Assembly (NCBI GenBank): GCA_044225175.1 | Contig: JBGAJA010000005.1 | Span: 17,869 to 81,868, forward strand | Source of the DNA: Candidatus Omnitrophota bacterium | GTDB taxonomy: Bacteria > Omnitrophota > Gorgyraeia > Zapsychrales > Fredricksoniimonadaceae | DNA length: 64,000 bases | Reading direction: 5' to 3' | Shown: piece after piece, positions 35,657 through 45,900 of the stretch | How the letters are laid out: every line of letters starts with the position of its first letter | Position numbering within the stretch: the first letter of the stretch is position 1 | The notes under the pieces: model-generated | What the model saw: the letters and a program-made list of their open reading frames with translations, nothing else | Told to the model about the DNA's origin: nothing | The model's database searches: none | Made by a program: the position numbers and the translations under genes

Positions 35657-38020
35657 ATGTCCAATCAGAAGGTTTATTTAATTGATGCGCATGGTCTTTG
35701 TTACCGTGCATTTTACGCTGTTAGAGCTCTTGCGAATTCTAAAGGCAAGCCTACCAATGCTGTGTTTGGCTTTTGCAATATTTTAAGAAAGTTTGTAAAA
35801 GATTTTAAGCCTGAATATATGGCGGCTTGCTTTGATGTGGGAAAGGTCACTCTGCGGCAAGAAAGATTTGCTGATTATAAAATTCAGCGTCAGTCCATGC
35901 CTGAAGATTTAATTTCTCAAATTCCTGTGATCAGAGAAATTCTTAAAGCCTACAAAATCCCTATTTATGAAAAAGAAGGTTATGAGGCAGATGATGTGAT
36001 TGCAACTATTGCTTCTCGGATAAGTGAGCAAAAAGGAGAGGTTGTTATTGTTAGTGACGATAAGGATTTAAGCCAGCTGATGAGCAGCAATGTACATCTT
36101 TATAGTCCCCGTCAGGAAAAAATTTTAACTGATCAAGATATTATCGAAAAGTTTGGGGTTGGTTCTTCTAAGATTGTTGATTGGCTTTCTTTGGCTGGGG
36201 ATACTTCTGACAACATTCCAGGCGTAGATGGGGTAGGGCAAGTTACAGCTAGTAAATTGCTTAACAAATACGACTCTTTGCGAGATATTTACAAGCATGT
36301 TGATGAAATTGCTCCTCCCAAATTACAGGAAAAGTTGAAAAATGGAAAAGTCCAGGCTGAATTAAGTCATGAGTTAGCTACTGTAGATCGTAACGTTCCA
36401 ATTGATTTGGATTTAAAAGATTTAAAGATAGGTGATCCTGATGTTCAAAAGTTATTAGAGATCTTTACTGAGTTAGAGTTTCGTAAATTTGCCGATGAAT
36501 TTACTGTTGGTTCATCTGTTGAGACCGTAAGGGAAACTGTGATTGCGGAGGGTCCTGCAATTGACCTTTTAAAGGTTCAGTACAAAGATCAAGAATTGAA
36601 TGTGGTGTATGATTTAAAATCATTACGTAAGAAAGATGGGACTTTTCTGAGTGGAAAGATTTTTGATATCTTTCTGGCTCAATATCTTTTAGGAGGAAGC
36701 GTTCATCAGTTAGTTGAAAAGGGGGCTTCTTCGGAAAGTGGTTTTATTAAATTATATGAAGAATTAAGGCAGAGCATTCATGATCAAAAGCTAGATTATC
36801 TTCTTTATGATGTTGAGATTCCTTTAGCGAATGTCCTTTTTGAGATGGAGGACCATGGTGTTAAGTTAGATTTAGGAGTCTTAAAGAAGCTGTCTGAGGA
36901 TTGTTCAAAGAAAATGCAATCTCTTCAAGCGTCTCTTTATAAGGAGGCTGGCGGGGAATTTAATCTTAATTCCCCCAAACAGCTAAGCGAGATCCTTTTT
37001 GAGCGTCTAAAATTACCTGTCATTAAGAAAACAAAGACTGGTTTCTCGACGGATGAAGAGGTGTTGACTAAGCTTGCCAGTAAACATCCTATACCGGCTC
37101 TTATTTTAGAGAATCGTCAATTAGCCAAATTAAAATCCACCTATCTAGACGCTCTACCTTTATTGGTTGATAAGGATAATCGAGTACATGCTAGTTTTAA
37201 TCAAACGGGAGCGGAAACAGGGCGGTTGAGTTCGAATAATCCTAATTTGCAAAATATCCCGGTTAGAACAGAATTGGGTAAACAGATCCGCAAAGCATTT
37301 GTTCCTTATGAAAAAGGTCATGTTTTACTCTCTGCCGACTATTCTCAAATTGAATTAAGGCTTTTAGCGCATTATTGCGCAGATGATAATTTGGTTAAGG
37401 CATTTAAAACAGACGGTGATATTCATCGTTATACGGCATCTTTAATGTTTGATGTTAAGGAAGATGAAGTGGATGATACGATGCGTTATGCTGCCAAAAG
37501 GATTAATTTTGGCATCATTTATGGGATGAGTTCATTTGGTTTAGCCAAGGACTTGGATGTTCCGATGACGCAAGCTCAAGATTTTATTGATAGGTATTTC
37601 ATGCGTTACCCAAAAGTTCGTGAATACATGGATAGTTCTATTGAGCATGCCCAAAATCATGGATACGTAGAAACTCTTTTCCATAGGCGTCGATATTTTC
37701 CTGATATTAAAAGTAAAAATGTGGGACTTCGCCAATTCGCACAGCGTCAGGCGATTAACGCCCCCTTGCAGGGAACAGCAGCAGATTTAATTAAGATTGC
37801 TATGGTTCATGTGGCGAAAGCCATTAAAGACCAGAAATTGTCATCTGTCATGATCATGAGCGTTCACGATGAACTTGTCTTTAATGTTCCTGAAAAAGAA
37901 CAGAAAGAAATGGCAGTGTTAGTTAAGACTCATATGGAAAATGTTATGAAATTATCTGTTCCATTAAAGGCTGATTTAAAAGTAGGATTAAATTGGCTGG
38001 AAATGTCAGCCGTAGGCTGA
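35657..38020 (+). CDS. polA: DNA polymerase I (5'-3' exonuclease plus polymerase; no obvious intact 3'-5' exonuclease)
   Basis: 787 aa. N-terminal 5'-nuclease domain (YLIDAHGLCYRAFYA). Polymerase motifs A (DYSQIELR), B (RRxAKxINFGIIYG) and C (VHDE). Confidence 0.9.
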   Translation: MSNQKVYLIDAHGLCYRAFYAVRALANSKGKPTNAVFGFCNILRKFVKDFKPEYMAACFDVGKVTLRQERFADYKIQRQSMPEDLISQIPVIREILKAYKIPIYEKEGYEADDVIATIASRISEQKGEVVIVSDDKDLSQLMSSNVHLYSPRQEKILTDQDIIEKFGVGSSKIVDWLSLAGDTSDNIPGVDGVGQVTASKLLNKYDSLRDIYKHVDEIAPPKLQEKLKNGKVQAELSHELATVDRNVPIDLDLKDLKIGDPDVQKLLEIFTELEFRKFADEFTVGSSVETVRETVIAEGPAIDLLKVQYKDQELNVVYDLKSLRKKDGTFLSGKIFDIFLAQYLLGGSVHQLVEKGASSESGFIKLYEELRQSIHDQKLDYLLYDVEIPLANVLFEMEDHGVKLDLGVLKKLSEDCSKKMQSLQASLYKEAGGEFNLNSPKQLSEILFERLKLPVIKKTKTGFSTDEEVLTKLASKHPIPALILENRQLAKLKSTYLDALPLLVDKDNRVHASFNQTGAETGRLSSNNPNLQNIPVRTELGKQIRKAFVPYEKGHVLLSADYSQIELRLLAHYCADDNLVKAFKTDGDIHRYTASLMFDVKEDEVDDTMRYAAKRINFGIIYGMSSFGLAKDLDVPMTQAQDFIDRYFMRYPKVREYMDSSIEHAQNHGYVETLFHRRRYFPDIKSKNVGLRQFAQRQAINAPLQGTAADLIKIAMVHVAKAIKDQKLSSVMIMSVHDELVFNVPEKEQKEMAVLVKTHMENVMKLSVPLKADLKVGLNWLEMSAVG

Positions 38021-38042
38021 ACCGCCTCTGGCGGATACCTCA
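38021..38042 (+). terminator. Possible short terminator or attenuator hairpin after polA
   Basis: 'ccgcc tct ggcgg' hairpin immediately after the stop codon. The downstream T-run is weak. Confidence 0.25.
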
Positions 38043-38055
38043 TAAATAGGAATAT

Positions 38056-39444
38056 TTGATGAAAATCGTATTTTGCGCCTCAGAAGTTGTTCCTTTTGCC
38101 AAAACAGGTGGTTTGGCTGATGTGTGTGGATCATTGCCGCCAGCACTTGAGACATTAGGACATGAGATTGTTATTATCACCCCCCGTTATGGTACTGCAG
38201 GCGGTAATGTGGCTTCTCCCGTCGTGAGGATTGGTAAGAATATTGAGGTGCATTTTATTGAACATCGGAATTATTTTGGTCGTGAGGGTTTGTATGGGGA
38301 TGTCAATGGGGATTATCGGGATAATTTAGAACGTTTTTCTTATTTTTGTCATCAAAGTCTTAAGCTTTTAAAAGATATTTCATTTAAGCCTGACATTATT
38401 CATTGCCACGACTGGCATACAGCGCTTATTCCCGTCATCCTTAAGACCAAGTATGATAAAGACCCTTTTTATAAGAAAACTAAGAGTGTATTAACAATTC
38501 ACAATCTTGCTTATCAAGGAGTGTTTTCTAAGGACCAATATTCTATTCTTGGGGTAGATGGTAATTTATTTAATACTCAAGGCTTTGAATTTTATAATCA
38601 GATCAATATTCTTAAAGGTGGTATAAATTTTACAGATGCTATTACAACGGTGTCTCCGCGTTATGCCAAGGAAATGCAAACATCTCAATTTGGTTGTGCC
38701 CTAGATGGTGTTTTGCGCAATCACGCATCAAATATTTATGGGATTCTTAATGGGTTAGATTATGGTACATGGAACCCCCGAGAAGATTCTTTTATATTTC
38801 CTTTTAATTCGACAGATTTATCAAATAAATATAATAATAAAGCTGCTTTGCAGGAAATGCTGTCACTTGAGGTCAATCCAACTCGTCCCTTATTCGGCTT
38901 TGTAGCTCGATTGTGTCATCAAAAAGGGGTGGATTTGATTATTCAAGCTATGCCAGACATTATGAAAATGGGAGTTCAGGTTGCTTTCACAGGAACTGGG
39001 GACAGAAAATATCATCGGATGTTAGAAGAATGTGTACGTGATTATCCTAAACAGGTTGGAATTTATTTAAAATTTGAAGAGCGATTAGCTCATCAAGTCT
39101 ATGCGGGGTCGGACTTCTTTTTAATGCCTTCGGTATATGAGCCGTGTGGTTTGGGACAAATGATTGCGTTGCGTTATGGAAGTATTCCAATCGTATATAA
39201 AACGGGGGGATTAGCTGACACTATTAGTCTTTATGATGCTCTTCATCGTACTGGCAATGGATTTCCTTTTACAGAGTATACCAAACAAGATTTTGTTAAA
39301 GCCGTTGGGGAAGCTAAAAGAATATTTTCTGATCCTAAACAAATGGATTTCTTAGTGCCTCATGCCATGAAACAGAGATTTACATGGGAGAAATCAGCCA
39401 AGGAATATGAAAGGGTGTATCAAAAATGCTTATTGTTGGCCTAA
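38056..39444 (+). CDS. glgA: Glycogen synthase
   Basis: 462 aa. N-terminal KTGGLADV motif and a GT-B C-terminal domain. Confidence 0.9.
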   Translation: MMKIVFCASEVVPFAKTGGLADVCGSLPPALETLGHEIVIITPRYGTAGGNVASPVVRIGKNIEVHFIEHRNYFGREGLYGDVNGDYRDNLERFSYFCHQSLKLLKDISFKPDIIHCHDWHTALIPVILKTKYDKDPFYKKTKSVLTIHNLAYQGVFSKDQYSILGVDGNLFNTQGFEFYNQINILKGGINFTDAITTVSPRYAKEMQTSQFGCALDGVLRNHASNIYGILNGLDYGTWNPREDSFIFPFNSTDLSNKYNNKAALQEMLSLEVNPTRPLFGFVARLCHQKGVDLIIQAMPDIMKMGVQVAFTGTGDRKYHRMLEECVRDYPKQVGIYLKFEERLAHQVYAGSDFFLMPSVYEPCGLGQMIALRYGSIPIVYKTGGLADTISLYDALHRTGNGFPFTEYTKQDFVKAVGEAKRIFSDPKQMDFLVPHAMKQRFTWEKSAKEYERVYQKCLLLA

Positions 39445-40019
39445 CTGGGAGTTTTGGAACGGGAAAAACCACCGTAGCCAACCTTTTTAAAGAGTATGGA
39501 GCTGTTGTTATTGATGCGGATCAAATTACCCGTGATCTTTTGGGTCCAAAAGGAAAATGTATAAAAAAAGTGGCAAAAGTTTTTGGTCATGTTATACTCT
39601 CACACAATAAGGTTGATCGAATTGCTCTGGCAAGAATAGTTTTCAATGATCCGCGTGAATTAAAGAAACTCACCGATATCCTATATCCACTTGGTTTAAA
39701 AGAAGTAAAGAAGCAAATTACAAAAAATAAAAATAAGAAGCTTATAGTTCTAGATGTCCCATTGTTGTTTGAGTCTGGATGGGACAAAATAACACACACA
39801 AATGTTGTTGTACGATCAAATCAGAATTTACAAATCAAACGTCTTATTAAACGCACAGGGCTTTCCAAATCCGATATCCTCAGGCGAATCAAATCTCAAA
39901 TGTCAATCACAGAAAAACTTAAAAAAGCAGACATTATCATCGATAATAGAGGTTCTTTAGCAAATACACGTCTGCAGGTTAGGGCGGTTGTAGATAGATT
40001 GAATCAAAGAAAGAAATAA
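39426..40019 (+). CDS. coaE: Dephospho-CoA kinase
   Basis: 197 aa. P-loop GLTGSFGTGKTT near the N-terminus. Size is typical for CoaE. Confidence 0.85.
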   Translation: MLIVGLTGSFGTGKTTVANLFKEYGAVVIDADQITRDLLGPKGKCIKKVAKVFGHVILSHNKVDRIALARIVFNDPRELKKLTDILYPLGLKEVKKQITKNKNKKLIVLDVPLLFESGWDKITHTNVVVRSNQNLQIKRLIKRTGLSKSDILRRIKSQMSITEKLKKADIIIDNRGSLANTRLQVRAVVDRLNQRKK

Positions 40020-40036
40020 AACAATAGGAGAAACAC

Positions 40037-41371
40037 ATGAGCAGGTCAGAGGCAAAACAAGAAAAAGAAGAAAAAGAAAACGGTAATGGTGATTATAAAC
40101 CCGCTAATCCTGGCGGTAAGACAGTCAACATTGAAGAGCTTAAAGAAATGAAAATGGCTGAATTGACAAAATTAGCCAAAGATCTGGACGTCCAAGGGGC
40201 CAGCAGCTTAAAGAAACAGGACTTGATTTTTAAGATCCTCCAAGCCCAAGCAGAAAAAGAAGGTTTGATGTTTGGACAAGGAACTCTTGAAATCCTTTCC
40301 GAAGGATTCGGGTTCTTACGCTCTGCTAATTACAATTATCTCCCATGTCCTGATGATATTTATATATCTCCATCTCAAATTCGTCGTTTTGATTTAAAGA
40401 CAGGTGATACTGTTTCTGGCCAAATTCGTCCACCCAAGGAAGGGGAAAAGTATTTTGCCCTTTTAAAAGTGGAGGCAGTCAATTTTGAAAATCCTGAAAA
40501 GTGTAAAGATAAGATTTTCTTTGATAATTTAACTCCGCTTTATCCTAAAGAACGTTTAAATCTGGAAACAACTCAAAACGAAGTTTCCACACGTATTATT
40601 AATTTATTAACTCCAATCGGAAAAGGCCAGCGCGCCTTGATTGTTGCTCCTCCATATAGTGGTAAGACGGTTATCTTACAAAAGGTGGCTAATGCCATCG
40701 TTCAGAACCATCCAGAAGTGATTCTTATTGTTCTTCTGATTGATGAACGTCCTGAAGAAGTTACTGATATGCAGCGAAGTGTTAAGGGAGAAGTTATCGC
40801 CTCAACGTTCGATGAACCTGCAGAACGTCACGTTCAAATTGCAGAAATCGTCATTGAAAAAGCCAAGCGTTTGGTTGAACACAAACGTGATGTGGTCATC
40901 CTGCTTGACTCGATTACTCGTTTGGCCCGTGCTTATAACACTGTTGTTCCTCATTCCGGAAAGATTCTATCTGGTGGTGTGGACTCAAACGCCCTACATA
41001 AGCCAAAACGATTCTTTGGTGCTGCCCGTAATATTGAAGAAGGCGGGTCACTAACAATTATTGCTACATCCTTAGTTGATACGGGAAGCCGTATGGACGA
41101 AGTTATCTTCGAAGAATTTAAAGGTACTGGTAACATGGAATTGCAATTGGATCGCAACTTATTCCAACGTCGTATTTACCCTGCAATCGACCTTAAACGT
41201 TCCAACACTCGTCATGAAGAGCTGTTGGTTGAAGAAGGTGATTTGCAGCGCGCTTGGCTTTTACGTAAGGCCTTCAATGACCTTAATGCAGCCGAAGCTA
41301 TGGAACTTTTGATCAATAAGATCTCTAAGTACAAGACTAATACAGAGTTTTTGCAGAATATGAATAAGTAG
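40037..41371 (+). CDS. rho: Transcription termination factor Rho
   Basis: 444 aa. N-terminal cold-shock-like RNA-binding domain; Walker A GKT ([11 protein letters not shown]) and a RecA-like ATPase domain. Confidence 0.9.
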   Translation: MSRSEAKQEKEEKENGNGDYKPANPGGKTVNIEELKEMKMAELTKLAKDLDVQGASSLKKQDLIFKILQAQAEKEGLMFGQGTLEILSEGFGFLRSANYNYLPCPDDIYISPSQIRRFDLKTGDTVSGQIRPPKEGEKYFALLKVEAVNFENPEKCKDKIFFDNLTPLYPKERLNLETTQNEVSTRIINLLTPIGKGQRALIVAPPYSGKTVILQKVANAIVQNHPEVILIVLLIDERPEEVTDMQRSVKGEVIASTFDEPAERHVQIAEIVIEKAKRLVEHKRDVVILLDSITRLARAYNTVVPHSGKILSGGVDSNALHKPKRFFGAARNIEEGGSLTIIATSLVDTGSRMDEVIFEEFKGTGNMELQLDRNLFQRRIYPAIDLKRSNTRHEELLVEEGDLQRAWLLRKAFNDLNAAEAMELLINKISKYKTNTEFLQNMNK

Positions 41372-41421
41372 GCAAAAGATCCTTTGTTTTTTTGGAAACA
41401 TTAAGAGGAAACAAAGTATAC

Positions 41422-41450
41422 TTGCAAAGTATGACCAAATAGGGTAGTAT
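41422..41450 (+). promoter_or_regulatory. Candidate sigma70-type promoter for rpmE-prfA: TTGCAA, 17-bp spacer, TAGTAT
   Basis: Hexamers at 41422-41427 and 41445-41450. A structured leader of about 100 nt follows before the rpmE RBS (GGAGG). Confidence 0.3.
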
Positions 41451-41551
41451 ATCGCCCTTTGAAAACACAGGTTGATTCGCCACAGGCGGATCAAATTCTA
41501 TCCCGTCAAAGCGGGCCGCCTCAAGCGGAAAAATACCATGGAGGTAGGACA

Positions 41552-41755
41552 ATGAAAGCTGAAATTCACCCAAATTATGAAGAAACCACAATTAGCTGTG
41601 CTTGTGGAAACATTATTCATACGCGTACAACCAAGAAGAACATCCGCGTTGAAATCTGTTCCCAATGTCATCCTTTCTTCACAGGATCCAAGAAATTAGT
41701 GGATACTGCAGGCCGTATCGAGCGATTCAACAAACGTTATGCTAAAGGAAAATGA
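41552..41755 (+). CDS. rpmE: 50S ribosomal protein L31
   Basis: 67 aa. [27 protein letters not shown]...[10 protein letters not shown] zinc-ribbon L31 signature. GGAGG RBS 8 nt upstream. The N-terminal extension in the ORF track is spurious. Confidence 0.9.
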   Translation: MKAEIHPNYEETTISCACGNIIHTRTTKKNIRVEICSQCHPFFTGSKKLVDTAGRIERFNKRYAKGK

Positions 41756-42830
41756 TCAGGCCAAGCTAGCTAAGGCCGAAGAGCGCTTTCATGAGTTAGA
41801 AAAGCTTCTAGCTGATGAAAGCGTCATCTCTGACCAAAGTCAATACGGAAAACTCGCTAAAGAGTTTTCCGAGTTGACTTCTCTTATGGAAAAGTACCAC
41901 GCTTTTCTGAAAACAACATCCCAAATTAAAGAATTACAAGACATTCTCAAAGATAAAAGCCAGTCGGATATGAAAGAACTGGCTGAATTAGAAATTCAAG
42001 ATTTAAAGCCAAAAGTTGAGGCTTTAGCTTCAGAATTAACTGATTATTTTGACCCTTCCAAGAATGAACCCGATAAAGATATTATTATTGAAATCCGTGC
42101 CGGCACAGGCGGCTTGGAAGCGTCTTTATTTGCTGGGGATCTGTATCGCATGTACAGTAAATATGCAGATCTTAAAGGATGGACTTTGGAAGTCATGTCT
42201 TACGTTACAACGGAAGCAGGGGGAGTCAAGGAAGTTTCCTTTTCATTAAGTGGGAAAGAATGTTCTAAGCGATTAAAATGGGAAAGTGGTATACATCGGG
42301 TGCAAAGAGTTCCTACCACAGAAGCTTCCGGCCGTATTCATACGTCAGCAGTCACGGTTGCGGTTATGATGGAGCCTGAGGAAATTGAATTAGAAATTCT
42401 CCAGAAAGATTTAAAAATTGATGTGTATCGTTCTTCTGGTCCAGGTGGACAAAGCGTTAATACTACGGACTCTGCTGTGAGAATTACTCATGGACCGACA
42501 GGGACAGTAGTTGTGTGTCAAGATGAACGGTCTCAATTAAAGAATAGAGCCAAAGCCATGCGCATTTTGAGGGCTAGAATTCTTGATAAAATGCAGCAGG
42601 ATGCTTTTGCAAAAGAAGCAGCGCTTCGTAAAGCTCAGGTTGGTTCAGGTGATCGCAGTGAAAAGATTCGTACTTACAATTTTCCTGATAGACGTGTGAC
42701 AGACCACCGCATTGGGTTTACCAGCCATCAACTCGAATCGATTCTTAATGGGAATATGGATGAGTTGACGGATGCTTTGATGGTGGCGGAACGCGAAGCT
42801 AAAGAACAGGCTGGTTTGAGCAGTCAATAG
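41739..42830 (+). CDS. prfA: Peptide chain release factor 1
   Basis: 363 aa. GGQ motif ([19 protein letters not shown]) and a PxT-region motif. Confidence 0.9.
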   Translation: MLKENDQAKLAKAEERFHELEKLLADESVISDQSQYGKLAKEFSELTSLMEKYHAFLKTTSQIKELQDILKDKSQSDMKELAELEIQDLKPKVEALASELTDYFDPSKNEPDKDIIIEIRAGTGGLEASLFAGDLYRMYSKYADLKGWTLEVMSYVTTEAGGVKEVSFSLSGKECSKRLKWESGIHRVQRVPTTEASGRIHTSAVTVAVMMEPEEIELEILQKDLKIDVYRSSGPGGQSVNTTDSAVRITHGPTGTVVVCQDERSQLKNRAKAMRILRARILDKMQQDAFAKEAALRKAQVGSGDRSEKIRTYNFPDRRVTDHRIGFTSHQLESILNGNMDELTDALMVAEREAKEQAGLSSQ

Positions 42831-42979
42831 AAGATTATCACTAATCTTTATATATAAAATTTCCATAAAGTATTAATTAGCAATAGTTTAACAATAAACA
42901 GGTAAGCGTTTTCTCAAAAGCTCTTAGGAGCGATTGACAAGGCTTGCCCTGTGTTGCACACTTGTAGTAATTAATAAGT

Positions 42980-45900
42980 GTGGAGAGTAATATGAAAACC
43001 CCAAAAGCCATTTCTATTATTGTTTTAACAGCCTTCTTGACAACATCTCTCAATATTTCCGGGTATGCTAAAGACGTTTCGTTATTACCCGCTCCAGGTG
43101 TTATGGTTCACTTAAGCCCTGAATTTACTCCTGCCCATTTAAAAGGAATTGTTATTCACCCTGATAATGCTCTTAAATTCGATTTCATCATCAATAAAGG
43201 CGACAAGCCTTTAGATGAAGTGACAAAAAAGGCAGAATATACCAAACTTATTAAATATTTTTTAGCTTCCTTAGCCGTGCCTGATGACAATCAATGGGTC
43301 AATCTTTCGCCTTATGAAAAGAACCGTATTATTAAGGAAGACTTTGGAAAAACTGAAATGGGGCGAGATTTACTAGCGCAAGATTACCTACTTAAACAAA
43401 TTACAGCTTCTTTAATATACCCTCAAGACAAGTTAGGCCAGAAATTCTGGGATGAAGTTTATGCAAAAGCCCAGCAGCAATTTGGCACAACCAATATTCC
43501 AGTTAATACGTTCAATAAAGTTTGGATTGTCCCAGATGATGCTGTGATTTATGAAAAAGGTAATACAGCATATGTCATTAAGCATCATTTGAAGGTCATG
43601 CTAGAAGAGGACTATTTGTCTTTAGGAAAGCATGGTGGTATTCAGGAAAAATCGATCCGTGATTCCAATAAAGCCCATGCGATCGGTTCACAGGTCGTTC
43701 GTGAAGTTGTTTTACCTCAGCTTGAAAAGGAAGTTAATGAGGGGCAAAATTTTGCTCCTTTAAGACAGGTCTATAGCGGTATGCTCCTAGCTGCGTGGTA
43801 TAAAAGAGCTTTAAAGGAATCATTGCTTTCAAAGATCTATGCGGATAAATCCAAAATTAAGGGAATCAATCAGGACCCTAAGAACAATGAGGCTATTTAT
43901 CAGCAGTATCTCAAGGCTTTCAAAAAAGGTGTATTTAACTTTATTAAGGAAGATGTGGATAAGTATTCGAAGCAAACTATTCCAAGAAAGTACTTCTCTG
44001 GTGGAACAATTGGGGATGGTGCCATGTTTGCCAAGGTAGTGCGTATTATAAAGACCCTTGATCCGGCTCAAGCAGCCAGTTTAGCTAAATCTCTTGCAAG
44101 CGATGACTTAGCTCAAGTAATGGCTCATGAGACCCAAGATTCAGCTATGAGTGGAACAGAAGTCAATTTCTCTTGGAATAATGGAAAGAATTCATTCCAA
44201 GTAAAAAGAGGTACCATGTTAGGTGGTTATAAACTACATAATATCCTTATGAATGGTAAGCCAACTACAGTTAAGCTTGGCAATTTACAGGGAAGTATCC
44301 TTAGAATAGAAGGGGCTGAAACGTTGATTATTGGAAAAGATAAAACATCCAATCAATATGTATTTATTACGGGTGATCGTGATCCAAGTATGCCAAGGAA
44401 CACAGTGTTTTATTTTGAAGAAGGTAAGGGCTCTGCTCCGAATCTTTTAGTAAATAAGTCTGTTAGGAATGGAAATTTTGAGACGATTGCAATATTAATG
44501 CCTGCTCAAGGAGTAGTTGGTAAACAAGCATTGGATGTACAGAATTTTTCTGATCCTTCTTTGCTACTCAGTGATGAGACTGGTTCTCAAAAGTTACCAG
44601 TTGGAAAACAAATAAAAGTCTTAGATTATGCTCAATTAACCAGTAAAACTGCTGGCCAAGCCCTGTCAACATTGGATTTGCCTCCCGCTATACCTATGCC
44701 TGGTGCCACAGAAAGAACTATAAGGCAAAGAATTATAACGGATATTCATGTTGCTCACGTGTTAGATAGAATCAGGGAAAAAACAAACAGAGAGCCTGAT
44801 CCTGGTGTTTTAGATGGCTTTATAGATGTTGTACGGGAAGAGTCCAATGATATAAGGGCTATTGAATTAGCCATAGAAGCTATTTTAGGGGCGCATATAG
44901 AAGATGAATATTTGATGGATTCTTTTTTAACAGAGTTAAAGAAGATAGATTCCACTGAGAGTGCTAATAATTACATTTATTTGTTATCTGGAATGCTGAA
45001 AGACATGTCTGGTTTAGAATTAAGTATGAATGAAAAAGTTCGTAATGTGATCTTGAATCTATTCTACATTCAAGGTTTAAATAGTGCTCCAGAATTTAGA
45101 AGTCAATTTGAAAAGTGGTTAAAGAGATTTATAGAAATAGGTCGAAAGGGTAGAAGTGATGTAGAAATCGATCCTATGTGGCAGGATATCAAAGCAGAAG
45201 ATAAGGAAGTCTTTCAATCTTTGCCATACTCTATAGGATTAAGTCTCTACAAGGTTCGAATTGCTATGCAGTCAAATCTTCATATCAATGAAGCTTATAG
45301 AGATTACGAATCAACCATCAATATGGTTAATCAAGCAATTGCTCCACAGGGTGCTTCACAGAAGGTTCTTCCATCGAGCTTGGTTGTAGGAACAGAAGCG
45401 CTAATTCTCAATAGTTTTCTAACTTTAATCCCATTTGTTCTCGATTCATTAAATTTATTAATAGATGATTTTAAGAGTACAAGTGTGGATGACAAATTGA
45501 CACGTGTTAAAGATCTATTAATTAAAGTTGAATTTTTGCACGGAAAAATGATACAGGAGATTTCTAGTGAAAGTATTAATGGCGGTATGGGACTTTCTCA
45601 AAGGGGGAGGGATTTAAAAGAGCTGTTAGGAAATGTAGACGATCTGAAAGTGTTTCTTGATGAGGAAATTGCGAAAGTCGAGCTAATGTTGGGCGAAAGA
45701 GGTAATATGCATCAAATAGATCGTAATAAATATAGCGCTCAACGATTGAATCGAACATTAAGAATGGTTTTTTATTCTTTTAAGAAAAGATGGAGAGGTT
45801 TATCGTCTAAGTTAGATAGCCAAGGAATAGAAATTGAAGATATAGATAATGTATTTCGTCTTAGTTTAAAGAGACAAGAAATTGTTAATGAATTGATCCA

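Noticed and set aside
40740-41312. ORFs 40740-41054 (+), 40951-41157 (-) and 41076-41312 (+) overlapping rho
   Set aside because: Alternative-frame ORFs inside the highly conserved Rho coding sequence. No independent support.
41459-41551. N-terminal extension of the L31 ORF ([12 protein letters not shown]...) suggested by the ORF track
   Set aside because: The L31 family begins at [18 protein letters not shown] sits 8 nt upstream of that internal ATG. The extension has no homology and overlaps the putative leader.
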